Sequence record: MW250785 | Source of the DNA: Escherichia phage UPEC03 | DNA length: 64,000 bases | Direction: 5' to 3' (one strand) | Part shown: piece by piece, positions 20,108-28,158 of the stretch | How positions within the stretch are numbered: position 1 is the first letter of the stretch | Layout of the letters: each line of letters starts with the position of its first letter | Program-made: the position numbers and the translations under genes | The notes under the pieces: generated by a model | What the model was told of the DNA's origin: nothing | The model's input: only the letters and a program-made list of their open reading frames with translations | The model's database searches: none

Positions 20108-20773
20108 TTATTTCTCGTTTAAGTTAATTAAAGTTTGTTTCATTAAGTTTCGGTATTTTACGATTTCTTCGTTACTGATTTCAACTAATTTTCTGTATGC
20201 GTTTAGTTTTTTACTAAATTCATTCCAGACGAAATCCGTTGCGATTTCATCGTGTTTATTTATGATGTCTAAAAACGAGTCGAGGATCAAGAATGATTCA
20301 TAAGAAATCACCCCAGACTGTACGAGTTTGCTGATATACGAGGTTGATGATTTGACGCTATACTGAAACACCGTTGAGAGGGGAATACCTTTCATGCGGG
20401 AAAATTCATACAGGTTTTTTACATCGTCCACGAAAATATTATCAATTCGCCTCAACTTGCCTATGTATTGACGATAAAACACGATCGTATCTTCGTCTAC
20501 ATCCCCGACCCAGAAGTCGGGGTTAGCTACCATGTTGGAGAGAAGTATAAGATATATTTCTTTAAATGTAAACCTTTCGGCTAACTTTTTGAAAAAATAC
20601 TTATCTCTTCTCTTTTCGAACGCTTTTTCAGTGATCTTTATTTCCCATTTGTACTTGATCGCGTCATACTTCCCAGCAAAGTGATTTTTCATCACCAGAT
20701 ACAGTTTGTATACCGCGATCGGTTTCAAACGGGAATTAGCGTCTGAACTGTCAAACGGGGTTTTAAATTTCAC
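20108..20773 (-). CDS. 59: helicase loader gp59
   Basis: VYKLYLVMKNHFAGKYDAIKY...KRRDKYFFKKL closely parallels T4 gp59. Confidence 0.85.
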   Translation of the reverse strand: MKFKTPFDSSDANSRLKPIAVYKLYLVMKNHFAGKYDAIKYKWEIKITEKAFEKRRDKYFFKKLAERFTFKEIYLILLSNMVANPDFWVGDVDEDTIVFYRQYIGKLRRIDNIFVDDVKNLYEFSRMKGIPLSTVFQYSVKSSTSYISKLVQSGVISYESFLILDSFLDIINKHDEIATDFVWNEFSKKLNAYRKLVEISNEEIVKYRNLMKQTLINLNEK

Positions 20774-21021
20774 ATGAAATCATCCAGTGTTTGCGTCGTC
20801 GCGTGGTCTTTAGCCACAGAAGGACGCAGCAGATTGTTTTTAATGGCTTCGTCGCTAATCTTGTCGATGATCGCTTTCGGTACGGTTTTGGACAGCATAG
20901 CATAATCAATGCTGTTTTCGTCCATCCATTGTAACGTAGCTTCCATGTAGGTTGCCCCCTCAGAGGCAACCAGATTTTCGATATACAAGCCGACTTCGGT
21001 TTTGTTTCCGATTTCGCTCAT
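20770..21021 (-). CDS. 33: late transcription co-activator gp33
   Basis: YMEATLQWMDENSI...IIDKISDEAIKNNLLRPSV parallels T4 gp33. Confidence 0.75.
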   Translation of the reverse strand: MSEIGNKTEVGLYIENLVASEGATYMEATLQWMDENSIDYAMLSKTVPKAIIDKISDEAIKNNLLRPSVAKDHATTQTLDDFM

Positions 21022-21022
21022 A

Positions 21023-21286
21023 TTACGCCTTATCGATCACATCGTACAGTTCGATAAGTTCGTTGTTCTGTTCTTCGAACGCGGTACGTGCCTGTTCGTG
21101 ATACAGTTTGAACAGCTTGCCGAAGGTTTTACCGTCGATACCATAATCCGTTTTCGCTTTGGATTTGATGTCTTTGAAAGAACCCTGGAAATGTTCGATC
21201 TGAGTTTTAACGTTCGACGCTTCTTTGATCAGTTCTTTAACCGCTTTAGCGATGTCTGGGTTTTCTTGCAGTAATTCTACACTCAT
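21023..21286 (-). CDS. dsbA: dsDNA-binding protein DsbA
   Basis: ELIKEAS...GIDGKTFGKLFKLYHE...ELYDV parallels T4 DsbA (89 aa). Confidence 0.7.
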   Translation of the reverse strand: MSVELLQENPDIAKAVKELIKEASNVKTQIEHFQGSFKDIKSKAKTDYGIDGKTFGKLFKLYHEQARTAFEEQNNELIELYDVIDKA

Positions 21287-21295
21287 TTTGTTACC

Positions 21296-22231
21296 TCAAA
21301 AGTCACTTAGTTTTTCATACATACGGGTAAGTTTGCATTCCATGAAGTATTTCTCCATTTTTGCTTTGTTCCCGATTTTTGGAGCATTGTACGCTTCTTC
21401 GATTGCCGTTGCAACATCTTTCGGAATAAAATCAAAGTCGCGAAGTTCTTCGTTTTCTCTGTAGCGGATCGCCCACTCTTCGGGCATACCCACGGTCGGA
21501 TCGTCCGCTTCCAGCCAGGCTTCGAGTTCAGCAGCCCTGATTTGTGGGGCGCGTTCTCCTTCAACCTTCGTAACAATATAGTCATTTCGCATTTTAATGC
21601 AAGCGATACTATCTTTTTTATCGCCCTTGATGATCTTCATGCGCAAATCGTTACGAGGTGAACCATATTTCGGTGTAACCCATTTCTTTTGGGTTGGCGA
21701 CCACTGACGCACACCCTGATATTTTTGAAGGGCTGCAAAGTCACCATCAGCAGAAACGATCAGGACACGTTTACCTTAGGATACCGCTTTACGCGTCACC
21801 ACACCGATCACGTCATCGGCTTCTGCGAAGTCAACACGGATACCTTTGTACGGTAAATTAGCACGGATTTCATCGTATGTCGGGTGAAGGAAACCATTCA
21901 GGCGATCCCAGTCCCAATCCGATGCTTCTTGTTCCATTTTTCGTTTCTTTTTGTAGTACCAGGCTTTACTTCTGCGCCAATACTTGTTATCATCAAAGGC
22001 TAGAACAATTTCAGGGTACTCACCTTTGAATTTAACCACATTGTGACGAATGGTGTCAAGCACTATGTGACGAACAATTTGTTGGTTGATGTCATTCTGG
22101 TCTTTCGGCTTGAAGTTGTTCATCAACGTTGCTACCGAAAGGTTTGAAATATCTATACACATCACATCAACAGGATCATCGTCATTGCTCATTAAGCTGT
22201 TCAGGTTGAACATACTTGCAAATGAAGACAT
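21296..22231 (-). pseudogene. rnh: RNase H (5'-3' exonuclease, rnh) reading frame interrupted by a single in-frame TAA at 21776-21778
   Basis: ORF 21776..22276 matches T4 RNase H N-terminal half, ORF 21296..21712 the C-terminal half; both in the same frame, the 63 nt between them translate to GKRVLIVSADGDFAALQKYQGV which aligns to T4 RNase H. Confidence 0.75.
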
Positions 22232-22308
22232 TTCAATACCTCGTTGTTGTTGAATGAAACTGATTATAGTGATCACTTTTTCAAAGTCAATAGATCATTT
22301 CAAAAATC

Positions 22309-22462
22309 TGAGCGAAGCGAAGGACACGAACGTAGTGAGTGTCTATGTACTGAATGTACGTTTTAATATTTTTATATTTTATATATAGAGAAAACAGTAC
22401 ATTTCCGTATACTTTTTAACCAGTTTTAACTATCCGTTTCGCTTCGCTCACGGAAGCGCTTC
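22309..22462. repeat. 13-bp inverted repeat TGAGCGAAGCGAA (22309-22321 / 22438-22450) flanking an AT-rich 115-bp core, plus adjacent 10-bp palindrome GAAGCGCTTC
   Basis: Seen in sequence in the divergent intergenic region between rnh (-) and gene 55 (+). Confidence 0.5.
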
Positions 22463-22500
22463 GCGCTGATTTTATTAAATAATATAGATTGGAAGTAGGT

Positions 22501-22529
22501 TTGAAACACCTGATTCAATCGGCTATAAT
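22501..22529 (+). promoter_or_regulatory. sigma70-type promoter TTGAAA-17-TATAAT upstream of gene 55
   Basis: Consensus-like -35/-10 with 17-nt spacer, ~25 nt upstream of GGAG SD and ATG 22555. Confidence 0.6.
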
Positions 22530-22554
22530 GAATGTATTCAATTTGGAGAATATA

Positions 22555-23070
22555 ATGACTACAAAGATTTATGCAGATAATGATAAGCTGTATCCAGTTA
22601 TGTGTAAGTGGAAACAGCAAATCCGTGAAACTGGTGATCGTAAGATGCCGGATGAACTCGGTATTGCGATTATGAACATTGCTCACGGTTTGGCACGTCG
22701 ATACAACTTCAACCGTTATTCCGAAGACTGGAAAATGGATATGATCGATGATGGAATTTCGGCAACGATTTCCGGCCTTCATAACTTTGACGAAACCAAA
22801 TATACAAACGTCTACGGTTACATCAACAAGGCTTGCTGGCAAGCGTTTGTAACTCGTATTCTCTACGAGAAGAAAGAGAACGCGAAGAAATACAAATACT
22901 TCCTGGAACATGTCTATGACAGCGATGATACTGATATGACCACGATAGCCGATGAAACTTTCATTCAGGATATCCATGACAAACTTAATCAGTATGAAGA
23001 GTCCGCGAAAAAACCCAAAGATAAAATCGAGGTTGTGGACGAATCGCCAACATTGGAAATGTTTCTATGA
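22555..23070 (+). CDS. 55: late-promoter sigma factor gp55
   Basis: GLARRYNFNRYSEDWKMDMIDDGI...GLHNFDETKYTNVYGYI...DETFIQDIHDKLNQYEES parallels T4 gp55. Confidence 0.85.
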   Translation: MTTKIYADNDKLYPVMCKWKQQIRETGDRKMPDELGIAIMNIAHGLARRYNFNRYSEDWKMDMIDDGISATISGLHNFDETKYTNVYGYINKACWQAFVTRILYEKKENAKKYKYFLEHVYDSDDTDMTTIADETFIQDIHDKLNQYEESAKKPKDKIEVVDESPTLEMFL

Positions 23071-23294
23071 AAATTAAAATTGACCTGAACAAAATTTTAG
23101 CAGATGCTAACGACGAAATTGATCTGCTTCCTTACCTTGTGAAATTAGAGTTGCAGAGCTTAGGGATTCCGATTATCATCGACCCTACAGATGTACGAGA
23201 TCCAGACTTCCAGATAACAGAAGGTCGTCTGGACTATGTAATAAACGCCGAAACAATGATCATGGAGATCACTTACTATGAACGTGCAGCATGA
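23067..23294 (+). CDS. hypothetical protein
   Basis: ORF. Confidence 0.4.
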   Translation: MKIKIDLNKILADANDEIDLLPYLVKLELQSLGIPIIIDPTDVRDPDFQITEGRLDYVINAETMIMEITYYERAA

Positions 23295-23622
23295 AGTAAT
23301 CGACGAAGTACACCAAAAATCAGCGCTGGATCTTCGTGAAGAAGAACTGGACTCCATCAAGGGTACACGCATTGAACAGGAAGCCCTACGCAAAGCGCAA
23401 AAGTTCATGCGGAAGAACAAAGCGGAATGGAAGCGACTGCATAAACACGCAGAGAACGCACTCTTCGAAGGTAACAAAGAGCAGTACGTATACGCGATCA
23501 AAAAGATGCGTGATATGCTCAAGCAACCATACAACGATGAACTGATTGAAACGATGTGGATCACTTCGAACCAACAGTTGAAAGACCTGTTCATCATGGC
23601 TTCTGAAAAATACGGCAAATAA
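23278..23622 (+). CDS. hypothetical protein
   Basis: ORF. Confidence 0.45.
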   Translation: MNVQHEVIDEVHQKSALDLREEELDSIKGTRIEQEALRKAQKFMRKNKAEWKRLHKHAENALFEGNKEQYVYAIKKMRDMLKQPYNDELIETMWITSNQQLKDLFIMASEKYGK

Positions 23623-23645
23623 ACCCCTTCGGGGGTTTTGAGGTT
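23620..23645 (+). terminator. GC hairpin AACCCC-TTCG-GGGGTT followed by T-run
   Basis: Seen in sequence. Confidence 0.55.
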
Positions 23646-23648
23646 TAT

Positions 23649-24668
23649 ATGAACTATGTTTTAATTGGGGATACCCATGCCGGACTTCGCCAGGATAACC
23701 CATGGAACGAAGAAAACCTGTATGCGGTATTCAAACAGATCGTAGAGTATTGCAAAGAACACGGGATCACGCGCGGCTTCCATGCTGGCGACTTCTTCGA
23801 CGTTCGAAAAGCAACCACACAAACGACAATGAATTTTGTTCGTGAAAAGCTGGTTCCTCTTCTGATTGAGGCGGGGATCACTCTGGATGTTCTTGTCGGC
23901 AACCACGATTGCCAATTTAAGGACAAAATACACCCCAACGCGCCACGCGAGATACTAAGTCAATACGAATGCTTTAATGTCATCGACGAACCGACCACGG
24001 TTGATTTAGGTGGCGGAAATTCGATTGACCTGATCCCGTGGATTTGTCAGGAAAACAGCCAGCGTATTTTTGACTACATCAAACAATCGAAAGCTAACTT
24101 TTGTTTGGGACACTTCGAACTGTCTGGTTACTATTTCTACAAGAACAGCAAAGCCGATCATGGGCTGGAACCTGATTTCTTGAAGAAGTACGATCGTGTT
24201 TACTCTGGACACTATCACCACGCTAACGAAGGTGACAACGTGTTTTACATCGGTACGCCTCTGACTATGAGCGCGAACGACGAAGACGAAACACGCGGTT
24301 TCTATGTGTTTACGGGCAAGCCTGAATTGACTTTCATCGCTAACCCTGTGTGCCACCATCGCCGGATCATGTATCCAGCACAGAAAGATGTTGATCTTGA
24401 ACAGTTCCGCAACTGCGCGGTGCGTCTGATTGTTAGTGAAATTGATCAGGGGCTTGCAAAGTTCCAAACCAAAATCGAAGAAATTGCCTATGAAATCAAC
24501 ATCATAGACAAAGTTAAAACAGATTCAGATGTCGATACCGACTTTGAAATCAAAACCGTTCGTGGGCTTATCACTGAGTATGTCGCCAACATGCAGATCA
24601 CCGACGATGAAAAAGAGGAAGTGAATAAGCTGATCAGCGAACTATACGCGGAGGTGTCAAGTGCATAG
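23649..24668 (+). CDS. 47: recombination endonuclease subunit gp47 (Mre11-like)
   Basis: 339 aa; phosphoesterase motifs GDTHAG, GDFFDVRKA, GNHD; co-linear with T4 gp47. Confidence 0.9.
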   Translation: MNYVLIGDTHAGLRQDNPWNEENLYAVFKQIVEYCKEHGITRGFHAGDFFDVRKATTQTTMNFVREKLVPLLIEAGITLDVLVGNHDCQFKDKIHPNAPREILSQYECFNVIDEPTTVDLGGGNSIDLIPWICQENSQRIFDYIKQSKANFCLGHFELSGYYFYKNSKADHGLEPDFLKKYDRVYSGHYHHANEGDNVFYIGTPLTMSANDEDETRGFYVFTGKPELTFIANPVCHHRRIMYPAQKDVDLEQFRNCAVRLIVSEIDQGLAKFQTKIEEIAYEINIIDKVKTDSDVDTDFEIKTVRGLITEYVANMQITDDEKEEVNKLISELYAEVSSA

Positions 24669-24942
24669 CCGTTATGATGAATATTTCGGGGCGAACCCCC
24701 GATATTCTCACCTGTTGCGTATGTTGGGAATGAAACACATCATTTCCACATCCAACGAAGCAGGGGAAACCAGCGCAGTTTGTTTGACCATCATGAAGGG
24801 TGCATGGCATTCATCACGAACATGGTCAATATTCATGCTTGATACACTGGACGACGATACTCTATCATATAGTATTGATTCATCAGTTGTTCAAATGATC
24901 ACTGAATTATGTGAACGGATTTTAAATGAAACTAAAAACTAA
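24661..24942 (+). CDS. hypothetical protein
   Basis: ORF between 47 and HNH gene, overlaps both. Confidence 0.35.
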   Translation: MHSRYDEYFGANPRYSHLLRMLGMKHIISTSNEAGETSAVCLTIMKGAWHSSRTWSIFMLDTLDDDTLSYSIDSSVVQMITELCERILNETKN

Positions 24943-25456
24943 ATCACATGGAGGTGGAAACCGAACAATTGATGATGAAATTTCTTCAATAAATGAACTA
25001 CTTCCTATGTTGGATGTTGATGTTGTATTAGGAAAGATATACTGGAAAAACTCACCTCGTAAGAGCGTCCCTGCTGGAACTGAAGCAGGGAGTAAGACAA
25101 AACATGGTTACGTTGCTATCGGGTATAAAAAGACGTATTATAGACGACATCGAATAATATTTTACGTCGCTAATGGTTATCTTCCTCTCGTAGTAGATCA
25201 CAAACACGGTGTTGAATCTGGTGATGGAATAGATAACCTGCAAGACATCACGCAACAACAAAACTCCGTTAAAATGAGAATGAGTAGAAGGAATTCTTCT
25301 GGGTTTAGAGGGGTTTCCTTTCACCAAAAATCAGGAAAATGGCAATCATGTATTGTGTATAATAGAAAAACAATATATCTTGGTTTGTATGAAACACCAG
25401 AACTTGCACATAGTGCATATACAGACAAGCGAAAAGAATTATTTGGTGAAATATGA
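24926..25456 (+). CDS. HNH homing endonuclease with AP2 domain (paralogue B)
   Basis: RRHRIIFYVANGYLPLVVDHKHGVESGDGIDNLQ + AP2-like SGFRGVSF...GLYETPELAHSAY; inserted between genes 47 and 46 with ATGA overlap to 46. Confidence 0.8.
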   Translation: MKLKTKSHGGGNRTIDDEISSINELLPMLDVDVVLGKIYWKNSPRKSVPAGTEAGSKTKHGYVAIGYKKTYYRRHRIIFYVANGYLPLVVDHKHGVESGDGIDNLQDITQQQNSVKMRMSRRNSSGFRGVSFHQKSGKWQSCIVYNRKTIYLGLYETPELAHSAYTDKRKELFGEI

Positions 25457-27144
25457 AATTAAATTTCCGTAAAATTAAGTATCAAAATATTCTGTCGGTC
25501 GGGAACACCCCGATCGAACTGGAATTTGATACGGCAAAGAAAACCCTGATCACGGGGAAAAACGGTGGCGGTAAATCGACACTGATCGAGGCGTTAACCT
25601 ATGCCCTGTTCGGTAAATCATTCCGCGATCTAAAAGTCGGGCAGTTGGTGAACAGCGTCAACAAAAAGAAATGCCTGGTTGAACTGGAAATCGAATACGG
25701 GAAAGACTCGTACAAAGTGGTGCGCGGACAAAAGCCGAAGGTGTTCGAGATCTGGAAGAACGGTGAGAAGTTGCCGGAAGACTCCGCAGCAGGTGATTAT
25801 CAGGCACAGCTTGAATCTATGCTGAACATCAACCTTGTGGGCTTCAAACAGGTTATCGTTCTGGGTACAGCGGGTTACACCCCATTCATGGAACTGAAAA
25901 CCCCAGAACGCCGGAAACTGGTTGAAGATTTGCTGTCTCTGTCCGTCATCAGTGAAATGGATAAGCTGAACAAGTCATACATTCGCGGTGTTAATCAGCA
26001 GTTGGATACGCTCTCAATGCAGGGTAATCACATCCAGCAGCAGATCGCAACACATCAGCGCTTCATTGACGAACAGCGAGCGAAAGCGAACCAGAACAAC
26101 GCCCGATACAAAGAGATCTATGATAGCCACGTAGAAACCGCAAAGAACATCAAAGCACAGCTTATGCAGTTGCAAGCGGAGATTGCGGAATCGGTGATCA
26201 CTGGAGAAGACCGGACGGAAGATATCAACAAACTCCGTGACGGTTATTCGCGGCTCTCAATGACTGTAGAACAGTTTAAAAAGCTGGAGGTGATGTATCA
26301 GAAAGGCGGTGAGTGTCCGGCCTGTAAGCAAGCGATTAAACCCACTCCTGAGCGTATGGCGGAGATCGCAGAGAACATCAAAGCGGGCACACAACGTTTA
26401 ACCCTGATCAAAACCAAACAGGACGAGTTACAAGGGATCATGAATGACTTGCTGCAACAGCAACGCGCACTCAATGCCCTGAAAACCAAATATGAAGCCC
26501 TGAAAGGTACTCTGCAAAACGAAGTTGCCAATGCTAAACGAGCACAGGCGATCATGGAACAGGCAAGCGCGGAAGTAGTCATTGATGAAGAACCCGTGAA
26601 GCAGTTGCAACAGCAGGAAGCAGAACTGAACGAAAAACGACAAGGCTACGTCAAGGAAAAATACATTCGTGGTATTGTTACTGATATGTTGAAAGATTCC
26701 GGCGTTAAGGCCAGCATTGTTAAGCGCTATATTCCGTACTTCAACAAACAGATAGCATATTATCTGGATCTGTTGGGTGCGGATTACCAGTTCACTTTAG
26801 ATGACGAGTTCAACGAATCGATCAAATCACTGGGGCGCGATGATTTCAGTTATGCGTCATTCAGTCAAGGCGAACGTGCTCGCATCAACTTGTCTATTCT
26901 GTTCACATGGCGTGACGTGACAAGTAAAGTATCAGGCGTGGATCTGTCTCTGCTGATTATGGACGAAGTTTTCGATAACGCTCTTGATAAAGAAGGTGCG
27001 TTTGCTGTAGGGGCTGTTCTGAATGGTATTGATGGTAATATCATGGTGATTAGCCACAACGATTTAGACCCTGGTGATTTCGATCGTCATATCGTCATGG
27101 CTAAATTGGGGCGCTTCTCGAAGATGGAAATCAAGAAGTCTTAA
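25453..27144 (+). CDS. 46: recombination endonuclease subunit gp46 (Rad50/SbcC-like ATPase)
   Basis: 563 aa; Walker A GKNGGGKST, coiled coil with CPAC zinc hook, C-terminal signature; co-linear with T4 gp46. Confidence 0.9.
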   Translation: MKLNFRKIKYQNILSVGNTPIELEFDTAKKTLITGKNGGGKSTLIEALTYALFGKSFRDLKVGQLVNSVNKKKCLVELEIEYGKDSYKVVRGQKPKVFEIWKNGEKLPEDSAAGDYQAQLESMLNINLVGFKQVIVLGTAGYTPFMELKTPERRKLVEDLLSLSVISEMDKLNKSYIRGVNQQLDTLSMQGNHIQQQIATHQRFIDEQRAKANQNNARYKEIYDSHVETAKNIKAQLMQLQAEIAESVITGEDRTEDINKLRDGYSRLSMTVEQFKKLEVMYQKGGECPACKQAIKPTPERMAEIAENIKAGTQRLTLIKTKQDELQGIMNDLLQQQRALNALKTKYEALKGTLQNEVANAKRAQAIMEQASAEVVIDEEPVKQLQQQEAELNEKRQGYVKEKYIRGIVTDMLKDSGVKASIVKRYIPYFNKQIAYYLDLLGADYQFTLDDEFNESIKSLGRDDFSYASFSQGERARINLSILFTWRDVTSKVSGVDLSLLIMDEVFDNALDKEGAFAVGAVLNGIDGNIMVISHNDLDPGDFDRHIVMAKLGRFSKMEIKKS

Positions 27145-27841
27145 ACTTGCAGTTGTCAAAATGCCATCGTTTCATATTGGTGGCATCACCAACTTTAGCG
27201 CAATGGGGGCAAGTTAATTGCTCCCTTTTCTTTTGTATTTTTCTGTCTGGGTTCTGGGTACAATATGGAATATGGCTGTTCAAGTAATGCACTGTCGATT
27301 CTGTACCACAATGAGGACAAGAACCGCGATCTGATACTACGTTGCTGTTTTTATGTGCTCGCATGACTCCTGCAAATGCATTCACTTTCCCTTCATTGCC
27401 TGGCTTGTGCTTGCAGTTGTCGAAGTGCCAGCGGTTCATATTACCTACTAAGCCGGACGTATTGCAATGAGGACACGTAACCCTGTTCTGTTGAAGTTTG
27501 GCCTGTCTCATGCGTAAGCGTGTCTCTTCGCTGAACTCTTTTTGTTTCTGGGCTTCAAGTGCTTTTTCTTTTAACCATCCATAGCGGCGGTTTGCTGTAC
27601 GCGCAGACGATCGAGAAGTGCCGACTGTAAGCATGTTAGCAGCATAAATTAGTTTATGGTTGCCTGGATACATCTTAACCAATAGCAGATGTGCTATGAA
27701 ATGTTGACGTGCTGACAGTTCAACCAGATTTTCGGGATCGTCCGATCCTCCCATACATTTTGGAACGATGTGATGTTTCTCTTTGTACTTTGCATCCGTT
27801 CCGGTAGTCATGAGTTGTTCGTAAATCTTATGATAATTCAT
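27131..27841 (-). CDS. HNH endonuclease with repeated CxxC zinc-finger modules
   Basis: HHIVPKCMGGSDDPENLVELSARQHFIAH HNH core; three CPHC...W(H)FDNCK repeats; 3' end overlaps 3' end of gene 46 convergently. Confidence 0.75.
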   Translation of the reverse strand: MNYHKIYEQLMTTGTDAKYKEKHHIVPKCMGGSDDPENLVELSARQHFIAHLLLVKMYPGNHKLIYAANMLTVGTSRSSARTANRRYGWLKEKALEAQKQKEFSEETRLRMRQAKLQQNRVTCPHCNTSGLVGNMNRWHFDNCKHKPGNEGKVNAFAGVMRAHKNSNVVSDRGSCPHCGTESTVHYLNSHIPYCTQNPDRKIQKKREQLTCPHCAKVGDATNMKRWHFDNCKFKTS

Positions 27842-27889
27842 GATGATGAACCCTGTTTGATAGTCCGTTAGATACCCCTATTTAGGAAC

Positions 27890-28087
27890 ATGATTATGTT
27901 AGAACGTGAATTTGATTTAAAGACCTCTCCCGAAGTGGAGAGGTTTTATCTCCATAATGAACTATTGGAAGAAAAACATGTAGTTACAATGGCAGATGTT
28001 GAGGAAGCATTCAAAGATAACCCCATTGAATTGACACGCATCAAGAATAATAAATCTTCGGTGTGGTTCCTCGAAAAAATCTATTGA
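27890..28087 (+). CDS. hypothetical small protein
   Basis: ORF. Confidence 0.3.
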   Translation: MIMLEREFDLKTSPEVERFYLHNELLEEKHVVTMADVEEAFKDNPIELTRIKNNKSSVWFLEKIY

Positions 28088-28112
28088 CAGCAAAACATAA
28101 ATACCTTAAAGT
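28084..28112 (+). promoter_or_regulatory. candidate sigma70-type promoter TTGACA-17-TAAAGT upstream of J-domain gene
   Basis: Perfect -35, weak -10; followed by GAGG SD and ATG 28159. Confidence 0.4.
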
Positions 28113-28158
28113 TGCCCGTGTACTGAGTTACATGGGCTTTTATTTTGAGGAACGGAAA

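Noticed and set aside
22426-22977. 183-aa minus-strand ORF
   Set aside because: Antisense to gene 55 and extends into the AT-rich promoter region; spurious.
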